Position numbers and translations under genes: made by a program
Notes under the pieces: generated by a model
Told to the model about the DNA's origin: nothing
The model's database searches: none
What the model saw: only the letters and a program-made list of their open reading frames with translations
From: an uncultured Mycoplasmatota bacterium
Lineage (GTDB): Bacteria > Bacillota_I > Bacilli_A > RF39 > UBA660
DNA: 64,000 nucleotides
Assembly (NCBI GenBank): GCA_900552495.1
Contig: URZY01000003.1
Location: 110,627 to 174,626 of the forward strand
Direction of reading: 5' to 3'
Shown here: positions 1 to 7,279 of the stretch, one piece after another
Numbering within the stretch: position 1 is the first letter of the stretch
Layout of the letters: each line of letters opens with the position of its first letter

Positions 1-186
1 AAAAGAAGAATATATTATAGAGAATATTGCTAAAGCACTAGAAGAAAATATTGAATGCCTAATTAAAGTAAAAAATAAATTTCACTACCTTGGATATTTT
101 GAAGATGAACGAGCAATCGGAACTAAAATTGAATATTTAAAATTACAGAATACTACACTAAAGAAATATATACCTATTGAAAATGA

Positions 187-215
187 TAAAGACAATGCCA
201 CCTAAGCATTGTCTT
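187..215 (-). terminator. Perfect 11-bp hairpin (aaagacaatgc / gcattgtcttt, 7-nt loop) just 3' of the minus-strand permease gene, with a U-rich tail on the minus strand
   Basis: Inverted repeat read directly; rc(aaagacaatgc)=gcattgtcttt; lies 24 nt past the stop of the 239..1375 gene. Confidence 0.45.
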
Positions 216-238
216 TATGAATATTAAAAATTTACATA

Positions 239-1375
239 TTAGTTTTTGACTTTTTTTGCAATTATAATCTTGCTAATGGAAAAGTATATAATTCCAAATG
301 CTAATATTATTCCACAATTTTGAATAACAGGTTGTATAGTTTCATAATTAAATGTTGATAATTTGGTTATATCATAATTTCCTTGTATAAACCAATATGA
401 AGGAAATATTTTAGAAAAGTTAATTATATTTGTGTCTAACCATTCAATCGGAACAAAACATCCTGAAATAAAACTTAATCCCAATGAAATTACATTTTGT
501 ATTCCAGAAATTACATTTTCATTCTTAATTAAACATCCTATCAAATAAGCTAAACTTGTAGCAGTAATTGCAAAACATAACGAATTAAGTATTAACAGTA
601 ATCCGTTTATAGTAAACATCAAATCTTTATAAAGAATAACACTTATTAAAATAAAAATTGCCCATATACTTAAAGTTAATGTCATATGTCCTAAAAACAA
701 TTGATTTGAAAAACTTTTAGGATTTAGTTTGCTTACATTATTTCTTTTTCTTATTGTTTCCTTATTAAATATGCACATTATTGTTCCAATTATAAATGTA
801 AATATTGATAGGAAAGCATAATTTTCAAAACTATAATAAACCGCTAACTTTTCCATATCAGATTGATTTTCACTTGAAACTTTTACTTCAATCTCATTTT
901 GAATATCTTTTTCTATATTATTAATTATTTCATTTTCGGTCATACCAACTTTTGAATAATTTTCTGCTATTTTAAAATATCTGTTAACCAAAAGTTCAGT
1001 ATATTCTGAAACATTTTGTGTGGATTTTTTAATTTTTACATTTGGTTCATTTCCCATTAAAAGATTTGCGCCAAAGTTGTCAGGTATTATTAAAATAGAA
1101 TCTACTTTATTCAAATATAAAGAATCCTGAATTGCTTTTTCATTATCTTCAACTTCTACTATTTCTGCTCGTTCTGTAATGTAATCTACAAAATTATTAG
1201 ACAAAGAAGACTCATCATAATTTATTACTGCTATTTTGGGCTCTACACTAACATAATCTTCTGTACTTGTATAACTTGTATTTATAACAGATACTCCGAT
1301 AGAGATAGCAGAAAACATTATTATAATACCTAAATGTCTTTTAACTATATTAAAATAATTCTTAAATACTATCAT
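239..1375 (-). CDS. ABC-2 family exporter permease with N-terminal TM, large extracytoplasmic domain and C-terminal TM bundle (YfiN/LnrN-like)
   Basis: 378 aa; single N-terminal hydrophobic helix, ~170 aa hydrophilic domain, then 5 predicted TM helices; overlaps upstream paralogous permease by 14 nt; operon with ABC ATPase. Confidence 0.7.
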   Translation of the reverse strand: MIVFKNYFNIVKRHLGIIIMFSAISIGVSVINTSYTSTEDYVSVEPKIAVINYDESSLSNNFVDYITERAEIVEVEDNEKAIQDSLYLNKVDSILIIPDNFGANLLMGNEPNVKIKKSTQNVSEYTELLVNRYFKIAENYSKVGMTENEIINNIEKDIQNEIEVKVSSENQSDMEKLAVYYSFENYAFLSIFTFIIGTIMCIFNKETIRKRNNVSKLNPKSFSNQLFLGHMTLTLSIWAIFILISVILYKDLMFTINGLLLILNSLCFAITATSLAYLIGCLIKNENVISGIQNVISLGLSFISGCFVPIEWLDTNIINFSKIFPSYWFIQGNYDITKLSTFNYETIQPVIQNCGIILAFGIIYFSISKIIIAKKVKN

Positions 1376-2507
1376 ATTTTTTCCTCCTTATAAACATAAA
1401 AGATAATGCTATTAATACCAGAGAAAAAATTGATATTCTTGCTAAACAATTATAATAAACATCTAAATTATCGTAAGCAAATAATGAATATAAACCATCA
1501 GTAATAATATTTACTGGATTTATTTTAGCAAGCAATGGGAATGTTTCATCAAAGAATACTTTTATATCAATAACTCCCATCATTCCAGAAAAGAAACAAC
1601 AAGTCATTGTTACAGAAATTAATATTCCTATTTTAAATCCTTCTGATTTTCTGTTAGAAACTCCTACAAAAGTTCCTAATGATGTACCTGCTAAGCATCC
1701 AACCATTGCTAACACTACTGTTGGTAATATTTGATTTCCAAAATTTATATTAAATACAAATATCAAATATAAGAACAATAATGCAAGTGCTACAAGTTGA
1801 ATGACATAACCTGCAAGTAATCCTGCTAATATCATTTTAAATTTATTTACTGGAGCCATACACATTCTTGCTCCTTTTTTACTTAAATTAGCCTCACAGT
1901 CTTTTATAACTTCAAGACCAATTAAACTTCCGTATAAACAAGTCATTGCGATAAGAGTAAAAAAGTAATTTATACTGAAATCTATATTTTCGTTTGAATC
2001 ATCTGTAATATAATTCTTTTCTTCATATAATGTTTCTAATACACCATTATATAAAATTTCTGGATTATAATTTATCATTTGAGTTGTTGCATTAGACATT
2101 TGATAATATTCATCTAGCACACTCTTTATAATAGTTTGATTTATTCCATTTGTTTTTACTATCATTTGGGGATTATTATCTTCCTTTAATAATATGTATC
2201 CATCAATTTCCTCATTATCTAATAATTTTTGTGCCTCACTTTCATCAACATACACAGTATTAAATAATTGATTTTCATTTTCTTTTGACAAACTAGAAAT
2301 CACTTCTTTTAATATTTTATCTTCTTGATAATATTGATTATCCACAACTGCAACAGGTATAACTTCCATTTCAAAAGCCTCACCTACATTACCTAACGCA
2401 AGTTGAAAGAATGTACCTAATACAAAAGGAAATATTAATGACCAAAAAAGCATCGCTTTATTTTTCAAAAGAATCTTCATTTTATTCATAAATAAATGCT
2501 TAAACAT
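1362..2507 (-). CDS. ABC-2 family exporter permease, paralog of the downstream permease (YfiM/LnrM-like)
   Basis: 381 aa; same architecture (N-terminal TM, ectodomain, C-terminal polytopic region); translationally coupled to both neighbours. Confidence 0.7.
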   Translation of the reverse strand: MFKHLFMNKMKILLKNKAMLFWSLIFPFVLGTFFQLALGNVGEAFEMEVIPVAVVDNQYYQEDKILKEVISSLSKENENQLFNTVYVDESEAQKLLDNEEIDGYILLKEDNNPQMIVKTNGINQTIIKSVLDEYYQMSNATTQMINYNPEILYNGVLETLYEEKNYITDDSNENIDFSINYFFTLIAMTCLYGSLIGLEVIKDCEANLSKKGARMCMAPVNKFKMILAGLLAGYVIQLVALALLFLYLIFVFNINFGNQILPTVVLAMVGCLAGTSLGTFVGVSNRKSEGFKIGILISVTMTCCFFSGMMGVIDIKVFFDETFPLLAKINPVNIITDGLYSLFAYDNLDVYYNCLARISIFSLVLIALSFMFIRRKKYDSI

Positions 2508-2517
2508 AATTTCCTCC

Positions 2518-3456
2518 TTAATCTCTTAATTGTTTTCCTGTTAATTCTAAAAATACATCATTCAGAGTTGGAAGTTCAGAAAATATTTTAGTATATTTAA
2601 CATTATTTTCTTTTAGGAAAGATATCATTTTTTCAAGATTATCTTCACCTTTTTTATATGTAACAAATAAAGTAGCATCTTCATACTTAACATCTATTAT
2701 ATTTTCCATAGTCTTTAATTCAGATACAATTGCTTTCTTCAAGTTTGGGGCTTCTACTGTGATTTTTTCACCCATTGTTGTTAATTCTTTTAAAGCCTCT
2801 TTTGTACCAAGTGCAATTACTTTTCCTTTATCTAAAATTGCTATTCTATTGCATAATTGCTCTACTTCTTCCATATAGTGTGTAGTATAAACAATTGTAG
2901 CACCATTTTTATTTAATTCTTTAATTCCCTCTAAAATACTATTTCTACTTTGAGGATCTACTGCAACAGTTGGCTCATCTAAAAATATAAGTTCTGGTTT
3001 ATGTGCAATACCACAAGCAATATTTAATCTTCTAAGTAATCCACCAGATAGTTGTTTTGGTCGGAATTTTTTAAATTCTCCAAGTCCAGTTAATTTTATT
3101 GCGTCCTCAACATATTGTTCTCTTTTGTTTTTATTTTTTATATATAATCCACAAAAATAATTAATATTTTCATATACAGTTAATTCATCAAAAACTGCAA
3201 CATCTTGAAATACAACGCCAATTTTTGATTTTATATCATAACAATTTGGTTGCATTTCTTTACCAAATATTTTTATACTTCCTTTCTCAAAATTTAATAA
3301 AGATAAAATACAATTTATAGTAGTTGATTTACCGCTTCCATTTGGTCCAAGAAGTCCAAATATTTTACCTTTTTCAACATAGATTGATAAATCATCTATT
3401 GCTTTAAATTTACCATAACTTTTAGTTAAGTTTTCAATTTCAATTACTTTTTCCAT
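2518..3456 (-). CDS. ABC transporter ATP-binding protein (ABC-2 exporter ATPase, YfiL/LnrL-like)
   Basis: Walker A GPNGSGKST, ABC signature LSGGLLRRL, Walker B IFLDEPT, H-loop; RBS ggagg 7 nt upstream of ATG. Confidence 0.9.
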   Translation of the reverse strand: MEKVIEIENLTKSYGKFKAIDDLSIYVEKGKIFGLLGPNGSGKSTTINCILSLLNFEKGSIKIFGKEMQPNCYDIKSKIGVVFQDVAVFDELTVYENINYFCGLYIKNKNKREQYVEDAIKLTGLGEFKKFRPKQLSGGLLRRLNIACGIAHKPELIFLDEPTVAVDPQSRNSILEGIKELNKNGATIVYTTHYMEEVEQLCNRIAILDKGKVIALGTKEALKELTTMGEKITVEAPNLKKAIVSELKTMENIIDVKYEDATLFVTYKKGEDNLEKMISFLKENNVKYTKIFSELPTLNDVFLELTGKQLRD

Positions 3457-3520
3457 AACTTCCTCCTTGTTTTGAACTGGTATAATTATACTATAAATAT
3501 CAAAATTTTTCCATACTCCC

Positions 3521-3548
3521 TTGAAAATATATAGGAAAATGATATAAT
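3521..3548 (+). promoter_or_regulatory. Orphan near-consensus sigmaA promoter: TTGAAA, 16-nt spacer, TGaTATAAT (extended -10)
   Basis: Read directly: ttgaaa (3521-3526), tg at 3540-3541, tataat (3543-3548); no protein ORF follows before the terminator at 3629-3659. Confidence 0.45.
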
Positions 3549-3554
3549 GAATTT

Positions 3555-3660
3555 ATCAGAGAGATTTAATCAAATCTTATAGCTTTAATTTCGCATACGT
3601 GTATAGTTAAGGCTCCATTTGAAAGTAACTCACGAACCTAATCGTTCGCGAGTTTTTTTA
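3555..3660 (+). ncRNA. Candidate ~105-nt small RNA bounded by the orphan promoter and an intrinsic terminator
   Basis: Promoter and rho-independent terminator on the same strand about 100 nt apart, with no ORF of 15 codons or more between them; family not recognised. Confidence 0.3.
3629..3659 (+). terminator. Rho-independent terminator on the plus strand (ctcacgaac-ctaatc-gttcgcgag followed by TTTTTTT)
   Basis: 9-bp stem with one mismatch, 6-nt loop, 7-T run immediately 3'; GC-rich stem is unusual against the AT-rich background. Confidence 0.6.
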
Positions 3661-3725
3661 TTTTTTTAAACTAATTTATTTACTATTAATCATAAAATAT
3701 CATAAGATTAATATTTGATAAAGAA

Positions 3726-3754
3726 AAGTTAGTGATTGATTATATCACTAACTT
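3726..3754 (-). terminator. Perfect 11-bp hairpin (aagttagtgat / atcactaactt) 3' of the MATE gene; U-rich on both strands, so possibly bidirectional
   Basis: rc(aagttagtgat)=atcactaactt; 7-nt loop; minus-strand tail UUUCUUUAUC; 33 nt past the stop at 3787. Confidence 0.55.
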
Positions 3755-3786
3755 TTTGTCTAATTATAATTAATTGTTATTTTAAA

Positions 3787-5724
3787 CTATCTATTTTTTA
3801 CATAATCGCAAATTATTTTAACTACATTTTCATTTCCGATTTTAGAGTCTATACATAAATCATAATTGTTTTTATCTCCCCAGATTTTATTAGATATAAC
3901 ACTATAATAATTTGATCTTAATTTATTGGAATTTAAGATATGACTTTTAGCCTGTTTTTCATTATCCCCATAATTTTTCATGATGTTTTTGATTTTGTAG
4001 TCCATTGGAGCATATATAAATATTTTTATTAAATTTTTATTTTCTTTTAATATGTAGTCAGCAGCTCTACCTATAATTACAGCATTACCGTTATTAGCAA
4101 TATTTTTAATTACTTTGGATTGATTTATTATCGCTTCCTTGCTTGCATCAAGTGATAGAAAATGCTCATAAAGTTCTTCATTAGAATAATTAGAATTAAT
4201 TATATTATTTTTAAGAGCATAATCTTTTATTTCTTCTTTATCATAGAATGGTATATTTAATTCCTTCGCAACGAGTTTTCCGATCTCTTTTCCATTTGTT
4301 CCATGCTCTCTTGATATGGATATGATTAAATTACTTTTAATTTTATCAGGCTTAATTACTTTAATCTTTTTATTATATGAATCTTTTAAAATAATTAGTG
4401 AAATAATTGCCGTTGAGACTTCTGCGATTGGAAAAGTCCACCAAACAAGTTCAGTAACATTTTCTAATTTTGTAAATAAAAATGCTATTGGAAATACAAA
4501 AATCACTAATCTTAGTAAAGAAATTATTAATGGCCTTAAGGCATATCTTATTGATTGTAAAATTCCTTGAACGGCTACTGATATACCCATAAAGACAAAA
4601 CCAGTACTAGAAATTTTTAACGCTGTAGTACAAACGTTAATTATTTCTTTGGTAGTTCCGCCTGTAAGTCCAAATAGTTTTGCAAGTGGATAGGCAAATA
4701 TTTCAAATAATATACTTATTATCAAGGTTACTATTATAGTGTCAATAATTCCATACTTAATACAATCATCTATTCTTTTTTTATCCTGCATACCATAATT
4801 AAACGATAATATTGAAATAATTGTATTTGATAATCCAAATGCAGAAAATAAAGCAATTTGTTGGATTTTATAATAAATACCAAATGAACTAATTAGAACG
4901 GTTTGATTTGCTTGAGCTAAACCTAATATTGCATTCATTCCAGCCATCATTACAGCAAGTAGTGCTTGCATTAAGGCTGCCGAAATACCAATACTATAGA
5001 TTCCTTTAATTAAATTGATATCAGGGTTTATGTATTTTATGTCACTATTAATTTCATTATTCTTTTTATAATGAAAATACATTGCAATAAATAATGAGAT
5101 AAATTGACCAATTACAGTGGCCCAAGCGGCTCCTGCAACACCCATTTTAAAAGGATAAATAAAAAGATAATCCAATATTATATTTGCAACTGCTCCAGAT
5201 ATCTGAGAAATGGTCGATAACATTGTTTTTCCTGTTGCTTGTAAGAATCTTTCGTATACAGTATAACCTATTGATCCCAATGATAAGCAAGTGCAAATTC
5301 TTAAATAAGTTGTTCCCATGTCTATAATTTCTTTATCATTAGTAAATAGAGAGATAAATTGCTTAGAATAAAATAGTCCAAATAATAAAAATATAATATA
5401 GATACAAATACTTAAAAATATTCCGTTACCGGCTATCTTATTTACTTTCTCAGTATCGTTTTCCCCTAAGCTTTTAGATAGTAAAGCATTTAGACCAACA
5501 CCCGTTCCAACACCAATAGCTATAATCATTATTTGGATTGGAAAAGCATAAGTTAAAGCTTGATTTGCAATAGCACCCTTTGCTCCCATATTAGCAACAA
5601 AAATACTATCAATAACATTATAGAGTGCTTGTAAAACCATAGATACAATCATTGGTAAACCCATTTTTAAAATCAGTTTATTCATTGAAGCTATGGCCAT
5701 TTTATTTTGTTGTTCTTCCTTCAT
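3787..5724 (-). CDS. MATE family efflux transporter (~450 aa, 12 TM) fused to a C-terminal cytidylate-kinase-like (Cytidylate_kin2 / AAA-like) soluble domain
   Basis: N-terminal polytopic membrane region typical of MatE/NorM; C-terminal ~190 aa begins LIISISREHGTNGKEIGKLVAKELNIPFYDKEEI, matching the GxxGSGGxxIgkxLAexLgipyyDkeli signature of the cytidylate kinase-like family; RBS ggagg upstream. Confidence 0.7.
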   Translation of the reverse strand: MKEEQQNKMAIASMNKLILKMGLPMIVSMVLQALYNVIDSIFVANMGAKGAIANQALTYAFPIQIMIIAIGVGTGVGLNALLSKSLGENDTEKVNKIAGNGIFLSICIYIIFLLFGLFYSKQFISLFTNDKEIIDMGTTYLRICTCLSLGSIGYTVYERFLQATGKTMLSTISQISGAVANIILDYLFIYPFKMGVAGAAWATVIGQFISLFIAMYFHYKKNNEINSDIKYINPDINLIKGIYSIGISAALMQALLAVMMAGMNAILGLAQANQTVLISSFGIYYKIQQIALFSAFGLSNTIISILSFNYGMQDKKRIDDCIKYGIIDTIIVTLIISILFEIFAYPLAKLFGLTGGTTKEIINVCTTALKISSTGFVFMGISVAVQGILQSIRYALRPLIISLLRLVIFVFPIAFLFTKLENVTELVWWTFPIAEVSTAIISLIILKDSYNKKIKVIKPDKIKSNLIISISREHGTNGKEIGKLVAKELNIPFYDKEEIKDYALKNNIINSNYSNEELYEHFLSLDASKEAIINQSKVIKNIANNGNAVIIGRAADYILKENKNLIKIFIYAPMDYKIKNIMKNYGDNEKQAKSHILNSNKLRSNYYSVISNKIWGDKNNYDLCIDSKIGNENVVKIICDYVKNR

Positions 5725-5740
5725 AATTCCTCCTTATCTT

Positions 5741-5804
5741 GACGAGAAAAAAGAGGCAAAATCCACAAACTGGATTTACGCCTCTTATTTGAAAGCTACT
5801 CGTC
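5741..5804 (-). promoter_or_regulatory. Structured 5' leader of the MATE-fusion mRNA: three nested stems (GACGAG/CUCGUC, AAGAGGC/GCCUCUU, AAAUCCA/UGGAUUU) whose middle stem is followed by UUUU (terminator/attenuator-like)
   Basis: All three inverted repeats are perfect and nested; located between the predicted TSS (~5808) and the RBS (5728-5733) on the minus strand. Confidence 0.4.
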
Positions 5805-5814
5805 ATATAAGTAA

Positions 5815-5843
5815 ATTATACTATTTTTTTTACTTTTTTTCAA
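5815..5843 (-). promoter_or_regulatory. Perfect consensus sigmaA promoter for the MATE-fusion gene: TTGAAA-17-TATAAT on the minus strand
   Basis: rc of 5838-5843 = ttgaaa; rc of 5815-5820 = tataat; spacer exactly 17 nt. Confidence 0.6.
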
Positions 5844-5905
5844 CAAGCAAACTTACGATAATTTTTAATTTTTGTTAAAATATTATATGTAAGGAGGAAC
5901 ATTTT

Positions 5906-6397
5906 ATGTACAAAATAGGTGAATATGTTGTCTATAGACATGACGTATGTATAATTAAAGAGATTAAAGAAAATAAGTTAATAGGTAATACATATTATGT
6001 AATGACTCCAGTCGATGATGATTCATTAATAATTGAGATTCCTATTGAAAACAAAATGGGATTTTTAAGAAGTATTATTTCCACAGAAGATGCAAAAGAA
6101 TTAATAAAAAAAATACCAAAAATAAAGCCCCTGGAGGGAATTGATGAAAAGAAATTAGAAGCAAAATATAAAGAACTGTTAAATACTGGTGATTATGAAG
6201 ATCTTATTAAAATTATTAAGACTACTTATTTAAGAAATGAAAATAGAATTAATAATAAAAAGAAAACTAGCGAAAAGGATGTTAATTTTTTTAGGTTGGC
6301 TGAAAAATATTTATATAATGAGTTGGCCATTTCTTTAGATATGTCAGTTGAAGAAGTAAAAAACTACATATTTGAAATAGCAAATAACGAACTATGA
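5906..6397 (+). CDS. CarD_CdnL_TRCF family RNA-polymerase-binding transcription factor (CdnL/YdeB-like)
   Basis: 163 aa; N-terminus MYKIGEYVVYRHDVCIIKEI...YYVM matches the CdnL/CarD RNAP-interacting domain pattern (M-F-x-I-G-D-x-V-V-Y...G...I...YYV); C-terminal helical half; strong RBS aaggagg. Confidence 0.6.
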   Translation: MYKIGEYVVYRHDVCIIKEIKENKLIGNTYYVMTPVDDDSLIIEIPIENKMGFLRSIISTEDAKELIKKIPKIKPLEGIDEKKLEAKYKELLNTGDYEDLIKIIKTTYLRNENRINNKKKTSEKDVNFFRLAEKYLYNELAISLDMSVEEVKNYIFEIANNEL

Positions 6398-6582
6398 TTT
6401 TAAATGATTTAAAGATTCAGGAAAATATATTAAGTAAATTACGATTAAAGGAAATTGATTCTATTGAAAAGCTATGTAAAATAAGTAGAAAAGAATTAAA
6501 AAGACTAGGATTTACGAATGAGGAAATTAATTTAATCGCTATAAAATTACAATTAAACGGTTTAGACTTAAATAAAAGATAA
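6394..6582 (+). CDS. Small protein resembling the C-terminal domain of RNA polymerase alpha subunit (HhH DNA-binding fold)
   Basis: 62 aa; pattern I..L.I....LSKL....I.SIEKL...S..EL..L.G....EI..I..KL...GL.L parallels the RpoA alphaCTD consensus; start overlaps the stop of the CdnL-like gene (ATGA). Confidence 0.5.
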   Translation: MILNDLKIQENILSKLRLKEIDSIEKLCKISRKELKRLGFTNEEINLIAIKLQLNGLDLNKR

Positions 6583-6597
6583 AAGTGCAAATAAATT

Positions 6598-6626
6598 AAC
6601 CAGTCCATAAAAGGAACTGGTTTTTT
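6598..6626 (+). terminator. Rho-independent terminator after the CdnL / alphaCTD-like operon
   Basis: aaccagt...actggtt stem followed by TTTTTT. Confidence 0.6.
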
Positions 6627-6678
6627 ATTAAAATACTAAGAGGTAGAAAGATAGATAAAACGCCCTTCTAACCTCGGT

Positions 6679-7227
6679 TTAAATATTTACTTTGATATCA
6701 CTTCTTTCAGTTGGCTTGTTTTCATACATTTTACTTTTTTGGAAACCAAAAAGTCTAGCAACTAATCCACTTGGAAAAGTAATAAGTTTTTCATTATAAT
6801 TTCTTACCGTTGCATTATAATATTTTCTAGCATTAGCTATATCTTCTTCAACAGTTGTTATTTGTTGACTTAAGTCCAAAAAATTTGAATTAGCTTTTAG
6901 ATCTGGGTAATTTTCAGCAACACCTATAATTTTGGTTAGTTCTTTAGATAATTGAGCATCAGAAGAAAGCTTATTTTGCATATTCGTTTTATCATAGGAA
7001 CTTAGGCGGTATTTTGTTAAATTTTCAATTAATTTCTTTTCATGTTTCATGTACCCTTTTACGGTCTCTACGACATTAGGAATTAATGACCATCTTTTCT
7101 TTAAGTAAACATCCATAGTTGCATAGCTTTCCTCTACTCTAATTTTTAATTTTACTAGTTTGTTGTATGTTAGTATTACGTATATTATTAATAATAATAT
7201 TAGTAGAAAAATAATATATTTGAACAT
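6679..7227 (-). CDS. lemA: LemA family membrane protein
   Basis: Start taken at internal MFKYIIFLL (RBS ggagg 7 nt upstream); N-terminal TM then ...YNKLVKLKIRVEESYATMDVYLKKRWSLIPNVVETVKGYMKHEK...YPDLKANSNFLDLSQQITTVEEDIANARKYYNATVRNYNEKLITFPS, classic LemA; the track ORF's extra N-terminal 95 codons read through the neighbour's 3' end in another frame. Confidence 0.85.
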   Translation of the reverse strand: MFKYIIFLLILLLIIYVILTYNKLVKLKIRVEESYATMDVYLKKRWSLIPNVVETVKGYMKHEKKLIENLTKYRLSSYDKTNMQNKLSSDAQLSKELTKIIGVAENYPDLKANSNFLDLSQQITTVEEDIANARKYYNATVRNYNEKLITFPSGLVARLFGFQKSKMYENKPTERSDIKVNI

Positions 7228-7279
7228 ATAATATACCTCCTTATTTTTTTCTAACTTAGAAAAAGGAAAAAGTCTTTTC

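Noticed and set aside
1-238. Possible 3' end of a plus-strand gene entering the window
   Set aside because: All three plus-strand frames are interrupted by stops within the first 130 nt; the region is better read as the terminator/intergenic tail of the minus-strand ABC operon
4316-4570. Plus-strand 84-aa ORF inside the MATE gene, and many similar 60-110-aa ORFs antisense to or nested in long genes (7737-7982, 7815-8069, 12099-12359, 12434-12805, 12757-12981, 15737-15964, 17264-17476, 17504-17704, 18443-18709, 20013-20309, 20930-21118, 21291-21512, 24689-25018, 24753-24941, 28432-28713, 29831-30031, 31422-31706, 31811-32245, 32894-33142, 36059-36466, 37274-37474, 39982-40164, 40211-40444, 40604-40837, 43280-43789, 45336-45536, 48138-48338, 48971-49246, 49703-49888, 50954-51139, 53563-53859, 58707-58898, 60637-60858, 61714-61908)
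   Set aside because: Low-complexity translations with no RBS, fully embedded in well-supported genes on the other strand or frame; expected by chance in AT-rich DNA
5693-5878. 61-aa plus-strand ORF spanning the MATE start and the leader region; also 6417-6608 minus-strand ORF
   Set aside because: These overlap a promoter/leader and a terminator respectively; the sequence is better explained as regulatory DNA and by the plus-strand alphaCTD-like gene
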